This document shows positions 37,263 through 44,509 of a stretch of 64,000 bases of DNA, in pieces. The stretch comes from an uncultured virus (IMG/VR IMGVR_UViG_3300037297_000328). Lineage: Duplodnaviria > Heunggongvirae > Uroviricota > Caudoviricetes. The position numbers and the translations under genes are program-made. The notes beneath the pieces are model-generated. The model was not told the DNA's origin. It did no database searches and saw nothing but the letters and a program-made list of their open reading frames with translations. The stretch lies in the IMG/VR virus record IMGVR_UViG_3300037297_000328; one strand, written 5' to 3'. The first letter of the stretch is position 1. Each line of letters opens with the position of its first letter.

Positions 37263-38099
37263 TCATCTTAATATAAAATTGGGTGGATAAAAACCTTCGC
37301 CTAAATCTTTTTCTAAAAACCAATATTTTTTAGGCGCAATGGTTATTTTGTTTTTATCTGCATTTAAAAACCCTACCCACCAACTAAATGACGAAATAGG
37401 GGAGAGGATATAATGGTCGCATTGTTGCATTAATGCAAAGTCGTTAATTGTCGTGTGTTCATAATCGGGAAATAAAAATTTATCACTTCCTTTAAAATAA
37501 TTACGGCACCATCTATAATCTTCATTATTTCTGGCGTATCGTTGCCCCCCGGTAAATATCAGAAATTTTATTTTCCTGTCTTTTAGTACTTCTTTTGCCC
37601 TGTAAAAATAAATTGGCCATTTTTCTTCATACATATTAAGTGCCGTATCGCCACGTCGCAAGTGCAGGGCAACAATTTCATACCCTTTATTTTGCTTTTT
37701 GATTTGCTGCATTTGTTTTTTTGCCCAGGTTACGAGTGGTTCTTTTAATGATAGCTCTTTACGGAGTAAATCAACATGATCCTGATAATATTGATAGTTT
37801 TGAAAAAAGCCAAGGATATCGTAACCATCTCGAATGTGATAAATAATTCCGGGAGTATAAGAAAAATTTTTGTTTCTAGCTTCAAATAGTGTTTTTTCGA
37901 TTTTATCATCAGAAGATAGAAATTCAGCAGTAATATTAAAGTTTCCTAATAAGCATTGTTGACCGTGCCAGCTATGCTGTCTGTAATCAGGTATTTTTAT
38001 TTTAAGCTCTTTTATTTGTCCAACAACAAGCAGAAAAGCATATTGAAATAGCTGATTTCCTAGTCGTCCGTATCTTCCAAGTTTTGAAAATGTAATCAT
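37263..38099 (-). CDS. GT11 alpha-1,2-fucosyltransferase
   Basis: GRLGNQLFQYA, GFFQ, HLRRGD, SSFSWW. Confidence 0.93.
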   Translation of the reverse strand: MITFSKLGRYGRLGNQLFQYAFLLVVGQIKELKIKIPDYRQHSWHGQQCLLGNFNITAEFLSSDDKIEKTLFEARNKNFSYTPGIIYHIRDGYDILGFFQNYQYYQDHVDLLRKELSLKEPLVTWAKKQMQQIKKQNKGYEIVALHLRRGDTALNMYEEKWPIYFYRAKEVLKDRKIKFLIFTGGQRYARNNEDYRWCRNYFKGSDKFLFPDYEHTTINDFALMQQCDHYILSPISSFSWWVGFLNADKNKITIAPKKYWFLEKDLGEGFYPPNFILR

Positions 38100-38239
38100 T
38101 TTTTGGTCATTAAGTCATTAATCAGAAAAAGTATTCATTTTTTTTAATATTTTTAAATTTTCCTAAAGTTGATTTTACATTATATTAATAATCAACTATT
38201 TAGAAGTTGGTGTTTATATATAATAGTTAGCAACAATGC

Positions 38240-38584
38240 CTAATACTGTTGCACTATTTCGGTATCTGGTATAATTCGAGTTTGCTTATTAGCCACCGCA
38301 CGCAAATTATAGTAGTTACTTTCTTTGTCGCTATTTAGGTGCATTGCTACCCAATATTTTTTGCCTTTATGTTCTTTAAGCCTTACCCACTTGTACATAT
38401 AATGGTGTTTTCGGCCCCTGCCTTGGTCATTAACTCCGAAGAAGTGGTACACCTTTAAAACCGCAAACTCTTTAATCTGCTTTCCTTTTTTATCAAAGTA
38501 TGGAGCTTCAGTGTCGGCACAGTTGCTAACACACGGTAAAACTCCATTACCTTTCTGTTTTTGTTGCTTAATATCTTCATTCAT
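38240..38584 (-). CDS. cassette hypothetical protein
   Basis: Start inside attC loop; YFDKKG..I....VLKVYHF. Confidence 0.7.
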   Translation of the reverse strand: MNEDIKQQKQKGNGVLPCVSNCADTEAPYFDKKGKQIKEFAVLKVYHFFGVNDQGRGRKHHYMYKWVRLKEHKGKKYWVAMHLNSDKESNYYNLRAVANKQTRIIPDTEIVQQY

Positions 38585-38686
38585 AATTCCTACTATTTTG
38601 AAAATTTATCTCTCGTATTTAAAACGGCAACGAGAGTTTACCGTCAAACGTTATTGGCAGGCTGAACGAACAGCCTGCCCATTAAG

Positions 38687-38865
38687 TCATTTTTTAGACT
38701 TTTCCATTTTTGTCACAGCATTCATTGCCATTTGGTTTGAAATACCGTACTTTCTAGCTCTCTGATAAATCCCAAACTTCACCTTACCAATAGGTATTCT
38801 TTGGCTAATTTATCGGCTCTTTTTCTTCTCTCTTTTAAAGAAAGTCTTTTATCAACTTGTGACAT
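38687..38865 (-). pseudogene. frameshifted cassette gene
   Basis: MSQVDKRLSLKE... stops early; another frame gives RIPIGKVKFGIYQRARKYGISNQ...KK*. Confidence 0.45.
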
Positions 38866-39291
38866 AATATTGAAATTAAAGCCAGCCCACAACAATAAAT
38901 AAACCCCATAGAGCTGATTATGGAAGTTTATCTTTTATATATTTTGCTAAGTTACTAATAATACGAAACATTGTCAATTTTAATCTCTACGGTATTTATT
39001 ATAGTCGTTGGGCGCAATTTTAGACATCCCCTAATCGGATTTCGTTTTCACCCTTGCAATCATAATGTCTCATTCCTTTCCAACTTCCAAACAGTACCCC
39101 CATTTCACTTCCTTTATCTACAACAGGGCATCCATCTTGCCCCCATCGTACGTCCTTGCCACAAATCATGCAAGGGTTTTCAATTTGCTTTTTTTTCTTA
39201 GTTTTCGTTTTCATAATAATAATTGCTATAATATCAATAGGACAGCATAGCCATCTCCAAATATTTTTCATAACGTATTTTTTAAATTTTC

Positions 39292-39855
39292 CTAAACCAA
39301 ATGTGATTTATCCCAAAGATTCCCAAACCGGTAAACATGATACATATACACAGCTTTCATAACATACACTTTTTTGCCTGCCTCAAACAAATCCTGATGC
39401 ATACGACTATCTACACCTAAAATATTAGATTGTTCGTCCCATGGCTTAAAACCACCTATTTCTTTCCATAGTTTTTTCTGTATCACCATTAAAAATCCGG
39501 AAAGGTGGCATGGCTTAGGCACCGAATAATCAATTATCTGGTTCCTGAACGCAATATAGGTTTCGCCTCCAATTCTCCAGTGCTGTTTAAAATCATCTCC
39601 TGTTATTCGTAGAGATGCTTTTTGATGCATATTGGTTTCATTAATCCTATTGGTTACACCCGTGAAAAAGCGGCACTCAGGATATCTTTTTATGTAATCA
39701 AATATTTGATTGTACCAATAATAGGTGGTAAAATGTGCATCGTGGTCCTTTAAAATAAGAAAATCATTATCCTTTGGCACTCTTTTCACTTCATCATTGT
39801 AGGCTTTTACCAGGTTTTTGTCGGGGCTAAATGGTATTGAGGTGTATAAATTCAT
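39292..39855 (-). CDS. GT2-like glycosyltransferase
   Basis: LILKDHD, LSGFLM....W.EIGGF, LGVD, YMYH.YR. Confidence 0.75.
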   Translation of the reverse strand: MNLYTSIPFSPDKNLVKAYNDEVKRVPKDNDFLILKDHDAHFTTYYWYNQIFDYIKRYPECRFFTGVTNRINETNMHQKASLRITGDDFKQHWRIGGETYIAFRNQIIDYSVPKPCHLSGFLMVIQKKLWKEIGGFKPWDEQSNILGVDSRMHQDLFEAGKKVYVMKAVYMYHVYRFGNLWDKSHLV

Positions 39856-39856
39856 G

Positions 39857-40150
39857 TTATTTATCTTTTTCCGATTTATCTTCCAAGTAATTAAAAACAA
39901 ATCTACCTAATCCAGTCAAAAAAGTTTTTACAACAAATATATCTCTGTGTGAAAATATTGTTTCATGGGGAGATGTTATTATAAATTCGCCTTCATTATG
40001 TTTCTTTGCATTTCTATCTGTACGGAATGAAGGTTTAATTCGATATTTGCTTTCTTCATCAATATCTAATCGTTCACAAATTATTTTACAATTAAATATT
40101 AGGGCATTATAAGCATCAATTATTTCTTTTTGGTCGTTAATTGCACTCAT
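39857..40150 (-). CDS. hypothetical protein
   Basis: 97 aa ORF. Confidence 0.5.
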   Translation of the reverse strand: MSAINDQKEIIDAYNALIFNCKIICERLDIDEESKYRIKPSFRTDRNAKKHNEGEFIITSPHETIFSHRDIFVVKTFLTGLGRFVFNYLEDKSEKDK

Positions 40151-40154
40151 GGCT

Positions 40155-40604
40155 TTACATATAATAATTTAAAAAACAATCAAAAAAATCTTTATATATA
40201 GATAGGGTTCCTCCTACCTGTTTGTTTTCTTCATAGGTTCTTTTTAATAATGAGAGGAGTCCTTTATCCATTCCGTTTATTAACTCTTTTGCCTGCTCTA
40301 TCTTTTTAAGTTTTATAGTTTGATCCGAAATTCTTATTGTTTTATCATTTAATTTATCTTCTGTAATTAATTTTAGATCAATCAATTTAAGGTTATTATT
40401 ACGAATATCTTCATCTTGCTTAATTAATAAGTTTAAAATTTCATCACTTTTTTTATCCCCTGCAACAATTTTTTCTGTTTTCCCATCGCTAAATTTGAAC
40501 TGTTTAGGAAAACTAATAGTATGTACAAAAAATTTACCTTCACGAGCTAAATACTCGTAATAATTTCGATCAGTTATTTCTTCAGTTATTTTTAATATAA
40601 GCAT
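40155..40604 (-). CDS. hypothetical protein
   Basis: 149 aa ORF. Confidence 0.5.
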   Translation of the reverse strand: MLILKITEEITDRNYYEYLAREGKFFVHTISFPKQFKFSDGKTEKIVAGDKKSDEILNLLIKQDEDIRNNNLKLIDLKLITEDKLNDKTIRISDQTIKLKKIEQAKELINGMDKGLLSLLKRTYEENKQVGGTLSIYKDFFDCFLNYYM

Positions 40605-40614
40605 ATTTAAATTA

Positions 40615-40920
40615 TTATAGTGACATTATCTGTTGAAACTTAATTTTAAAAATATAATCAATTTTTCTAAAAGAAAGTAATGTCGTTACTATGTTCTGAT
40701 TGATGGATACATCGATATCATCGGAAAAACACATATTGTCCTCTAAAAATCTTCCAAAAGAATCGTGAAAGCTTAGACAAAAACATTTAAAAACGACATC
40801 GGGTTTAAATTCAAGGTTGAATAATGTAGTATGCCTGCGTATACATTCTTTTAAAATAAATCCAGCATTGCTTGATAATATCTCTTCATATTCTCTGTAT
40901 AATTGATTATAGTCCTCCAT
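40615..40920 (-). CDS. hypothetical protein
   Basis: 101 aa ORF. Confidence 0.45.
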   Translation of the reverse strand: MEDYNQLYREYEEILSSNAGFILKECIRRHTTLFNLEFKPDVVFKCFCLSFHDSFGRFLEDNMCFSDDIDVSINQNIVTTLLSFRKIDYIFKIKFQQIMSL

Positions 40921-40948
40921 CAGTCTATTAATATTTTATAAATTTCCC

Positions 40949-41308
40949 TCACTTAATCGGCTCTAGTAATTCAATCCTGTCATCAATATATTGGTCAAAA
41001 AATATAGTCTTGTTATCATATTTACGTTGTGCCAATTCTTGATTCCATTTAACAACTTCTTTTGTTATAGCTGCTGTTTCATACTGATTGCCATTTTCTC
41101 TTGCATTTTTTAGTGTCTTTTCAAATGCATTTCTTTTTTCTACAAATAGACCATATTCATATGGAGAGATAGCAATAATAAATATATGTATTAATAGCAA
41201 TAAGCTAAATACATAACACATAAGAATTCCTTGAGTGTCATATATCTCGTGTCGGATTAAACGAACTCCTAATAAAATCAATACAATCAAAATAATACCT
41301 ATAATCAT
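40949..41308 (-). CDS. two-TM membrane protein
   Basis: Two hydrophobic N-terminal segments. Confidence 0.65.
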   Translation of the reverse strand: MIIGIILIVLILLGVRLIRHEIYDTQGILMCYVFSLLLLIHIFIIAISPYEYGLFVEKRNAFEKTLKNARENGNQYETAAITKEVVKWNQELAQRKYDNKTIFFDQYIDDRIELLEPIK

Positions 41309-41318
41309 AATTTTCTTT

Positions 41319-41897
41319 TTAAAATATTAAATTAAAATCTTCCCCACTTATAATTCTCATCTTTTCGCGGTTGCGCACAAACCAGTCATAAGTTAATTTA
41401 CCATAACTGATAAGTTCTTGCTGTCCCCGCTGTATTACTCCACAACCATAGTCGGTATCAACTACATACATTTGTAAATCGCTACGTGTGCCTCTTAATA
41501 TTACCCACGCTTTCCAGCCATCACCGGTCCACGATGGTTGTGGGCGTGGTACCCGTTGGTGCAATTCATCAGGTGGTAGCATGTCGTGGCAAACTATTGT
41601 TCCACCCTTATTAAGTATTTTTAGGGCGTTTATGATGTCTGTATATACCTGCTTAAATTCGTGCAATCCATCAATAAATACAATATCAAAGTTTCGCTTA
41701 TTTTGAGCAAAAAAATCATCGGAAGTCATAATCAGGCAATCATTTACATATTGCTTAACGTTAATATCCGGATCTACCCCAACTTTATCTTTGCATTTTA
41801 CCTGGTTAAAACTGGCCCCATTCTGAACACCTATTTCAAGATAGCTTTTATAGCCTTTTTTTTCTATTAATTTGTTGATAATGTCTATTCTATTCAT
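41319..41897 (-). CDS. Methyltransf_24-like SAM methyltransferase
   Basis: YLEIGV, GVDP, FIDGLH, HD.LP, WTGDGWK, DTDYGCG. Confidence 0.9.
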   Translation of the reverse strand: MNRIDIINKLIEKKGYKSYLEIGVQNGASFNQVKCKDKVGVDPDINVKQYVNDCLIMTSDDFFAQNKRNFDIVFIDGLHEFKQVYTDIINALKILNKGGTIVCHDMLPPDELHQRVPRPQPSWTGDGWKAWVILRGTRSDLQMYVVDTDYGCGVIQRGQQELISYGKLTYDWFVRNREKMRIISGEDFNLIF

Positions 41898-42264
41898 TGT
41901 CTTGACTTAAATTTTTATTAACTCGTTCAATTGTAAAAAAACTTTCTTTAATTGCTAATATTAACCTATATGCTACTGCATCTGAAAATGTTTTATGGTA
42001 TTTTACATTATGTAGAAGTGAATTTCCTGTATAATATTTTTTTTTAATATAAGAATATTCTATACCAGAAATACCTTCACTCATTTGCACTAATTCTCCT
42101 GCCGTAAATGCCGATGTTGGATCTCCATTTTTAAAATCAATGCTGGATTTAGGCATAATTCCCCAATCTGAATGTGTGTAGTAAAATAATGATTCTTGTT
42201 TTACCCCTAGTTCTTTTAATTTTTCTGCATATTCAATACTGCAAACCTGATCGTCTAAATACAT
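41890..42264 (-). CDS. phage hypothetical protein
   Basis: QVCSIE.A.KLKELGV.QESLF, SAFTAGEL. Confidence 0.7.
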   Translation of the reverse strand: MYLDDQVCSIEYAEKLKELGVKQESLFYYTHSDWGIMPKSSIDFKNGDPTSAFTAGELVQMSEGISGIEYSYIKKKYYTGNSLLHNVKYHKTFSDAVAYRLILAIKESFFTIERVNKNLSQDNE

Positions 42265-42291
42265 TTCTAATTTTTAATTTAAAATTTATAA

Positions 42292-42921
42292 TTAACCTAT
42301 ATGTTTTCGGTGAATAAAATGTGTTTTCAAAACTTCGTATGGTATTTTTTCAACCACTACAGGCTTTTTCCACAAAGTGTAATTAAAACTTAACTGATCG
42401 CGTATACTGCCATTTTGCAGCTCTATAAACCAGTACTCGCAAAAAAGGTTCATTTTATACGTATTGTGCCTAAAAAGTAATCCGGAGGCTATTAAGCCAT
42501 TATTCCTCGGGTAGTTTTCGCGTTTGTATTTTTCTATCTGGTCTGCGATTTTTCTATCGCTATCTTTACCTCTTAGTATACATTCGTTTGCTTCCTGATA
42601 GATGCATGTCCGGTGAGGGTGGCACATGGCAATAATATCAAAATTATCGGTCCTTATTAGACCGTTGATATTAGCAGTTTGCTGTATGCTGGCATCGTGC
42701 CAAACAGTAAAATTATAGGAAGGCAAAAAAATATGTGGACGAAGCTTGATCTCACGTCCTTTTCTTGCATCTCCTTCCATCCGAACTACTTTGTATACAC
42801 GTGATTTTATGGGCTGGTCCGTAAATATATAATAATCGTACCCGGTGTTTACGTATTCCGGGTCGTAAAATCGATCGTAAGGGCCAAATAGTGCGGTGTA
42901 TATTGCTTTCTTATTACTCAT
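42292..42921 (-). CDS. DUF616 (TOD1/MUCI70-like) glycosyltransferase
   Basis: IYTALFGPYD, K..PH, W.D, HP.R.CIY.EA, RDQLSFNY. Confidence 0.88.
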   Translation of the reverse strand: MSNKKAIYTALFGPYDRFYDPEYVNTGYDYYIFTDQPIKSRVYKVVRMEGDARKGREIKLRPHIFLPSYNFTVWHDASIQQTANINGLIRTDNFDIIAMCHPHRTCIYQEANECILRGKDSDRKIADQIEKYKRENYPRNNGLIASGLLFRHNTYKMNLFCEYWFIELQNGSIRDQLSFNYTLWKKPVVVEKIPYEVLKTHFIHRKHIG

Positions 42922-42939
42922 TCGCCTTTGATAACATAA

Positions 42940-43311
42940 TTAAAATTTCTCCTTTGGTTTTTGTTTGTAGGTTTTCTCTGTATTTTTAAGAAATGAAAAA
43001 AAAGAATCAAATATTGAATACTTTTTATTTTTACTTTCGATTACAGGAAGTGAATTAGATTTTTTCTCTCTTTCTAAAATAAAATCGTTTTTTTCAATAT
43101 ATTCCTGCATCATTGTAGCTCCAATTTTAAATCCTTGCTCAAATTCCCATGTAAGCATACTTGAATATCCTCTATGAACCTCATTTTCTGCATGTTGCAG
43201 CCATAATTTGTCTGGATTCATATGCATTTTAAATGGACTTTTTCCCATTGAGCTGGCTGTACAACTTTCATCATCAATTACTAAACGATAGTAGTCTTTA
43301 TCTTTTTCCAT
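42940..43311 (-). CDS. hypothetical protein
   Basis: 123 aa ORF. Confidence 0.5.
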   Translation of the reverse strand: MEKDKDYYRLVIDDESCTASSMGKSPFKMHMNPDKLWLQHAENEVHRGYSSMLTWEFEQGFKIGATMMQEYIEKNDFILEREKKSNSLPVIESKNKKYSIFDSFFSFLKNTEKTYKQKPKEKF

Positions 43312-43334
43312 ATCCGTAATTTTTTTAAAGTAGA

Positions 43335-43535
43335 TTACTTTTTACAAACATTCTCCCCACCACCCATCATTGTTGTAAACCCTGGATTATTACTTTCCAT
43401 TATTTCGCCACATTTCGGACAAATAGAACCTGTATCAATGCTTTTCCCGTTTTTTATTCTAATTCTTGATTTCAGTACTACAGTTGTCATCTTGTAGCGT
43501 GGGCATTCTTCGTTTATGCATGTGTATTTAGGCAT
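43335..43535 (-). CDS. small zinc-ribbon protein
   Basis: MPKYTC...EC...CPKCG. Confidence 0.65.
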   Translation of the reverse strand: MPKYTCINEECPRYKMTTVVLKSRIRIKNGKSIDTGSICPKCGEIMESNNPGFTTMMGGGENVCKK

Positions 43536-43550
43536 GTTGTTAAATTTAAA

Positions 43551-43787
43551 TTACTTCTTAACTATTTTGATATTAACAGACAGGTCTTTTATCTTGGTCG
43601 TTTTCATTAACTCAATCAATTGCTTTTCAGTTTGAGCGCCTTTATTTTTAGCAAACCTTTCAAACTGTTGGTTTAAGCCATTTAGGAAGGTGCTGGCCAT
43701 ATGTGCTATATCAAATACTTTAAAATCATCAATATTATTGACAATTTTTATTTCATATTTGTCTTCTAGTTTTAAGTGTAGCTCCAT
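43551..43787 (-). CDS. hypothetical protein
   Basis: 78 aa ORF. Confidence 0.5.
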   Translation of the reverse strand: MELHLKLEDKYEIKIVNNIDDFKVFDIAHMASTFLNGLNQQFERFAKNKGAQTEKQLIELMKTTKIKDLSVNIKIVKK

Positions 43788-43811
43788 TGTATTCTAATTT
43801 TTAATCTATAA

Positions 43812-44357
43812 TCAATACCCCTCATTCCTTAACCTCAACAGCACCGCAACAAGCCTTGGCGTACTTTTTATTGTTTCCAACGCTTTAAATGTACTCCTTT
43901 GTCGCAAAATAAAATATCCTTCATTATTTTTTATAAAATAATAATCTTCATTATCTTTAAAAACATAATGGTCATTGCAGTCGCCACTATGTCTTCTCAT
44001 CCCAATATCCGACAATGCTGCATCTGGTAGCTTACTTATTTCCTCCATCTCATCAAGTTTTAATTTTTCCCATTTTGTCTCGAGATAATCAAGCGTTGAA
44101 CTGCTTTTTATCTTTAACAGCTTGCGATTGACTGTATTTAATTGCGGCGTACCGATATGATTAAAGATGATTTCTACCTGTTCAGCAGTAAAATGCTTAC
44201 TTTTACTTTTATATCCTGTATTTGTTAGTTTTTTAAGGCATTCTTCGTTTGATTTTATCTCTTTCATGAGCTTGGCTACGCTCCAATTCACTTCTCCCTC
44301 GTTATCATAAAGTAAAGCAAGCGTTGTCTTATAGTAACTTCTTATTGGAACCTTCAT
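43812..44357 (-). CDS. DUF4248-like DNA-binding domain protein
   Basis: IRSYYKTTLALLY...TGY......FTAEQVEIIFNHIGTP. Confidence 0.7.
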   Translation of the reverse strand: MKVPIRSYYKTTLALLYDNEGEVNWSVAKLMKEIKSNEECLKKLTNTGYKSKSKHFTAEQVEIIFNHIGTPQLNTVNRKLLKIKSSSTLDYLETKWEKLKLDEMEEISKLPDAALSDIGMRRHSGDCNDHYVFKDNEDYYFIKNNEGYFILRQRSTFKALETIKSTPRLVAVLLRLRNEGY

Positions 44358-44451
44358 AATTTTGCATAAAAAAACACCCTAAAGCTATCATTATCTATTT
44401 AATGCTATACTGCAGGGTGTTTCATGTGAAAAAATTAGCCTAAAATTTATT

Positions 44452-44459
44452 TATCTTTG
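44452..44459 (+). promoter_or_regulatory. Bacteroidota -7 promoter element
   Basis: TATCTTTG at strand switch; similar elements at 55174 and 59028. Confidence 0.55.
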
Positions 44460-44509
44460 CAAAGATACTATTTTTTTAAAAGAAATAGCTAATCTTTTGA
44501 TAAAAAATC

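Larger units (their letters stand above)
38145..39280. mobile_element. integron-like cassette array D with attI-like site and integrase remnant
   Basis: tatatataata GTTagc at 38226; attC-like sites 38524-38656 (GTAAAACT/AGTTTAC boxes) and 38887-39013. Confidence 0.8.

Noticed and set aside
18106..39013. Intrinsic terminators as explanation of the palindromes
   Set aside because: Loops are often 60-140 nt, there are no U tracts, and many overlap start codons.
29006..42921. Bacterial capsule/O-antigen locus
   Set aside because: No wzx/wzy/wza or sugar-synthesis genes; enzymes are short and interspersed with phage genes.
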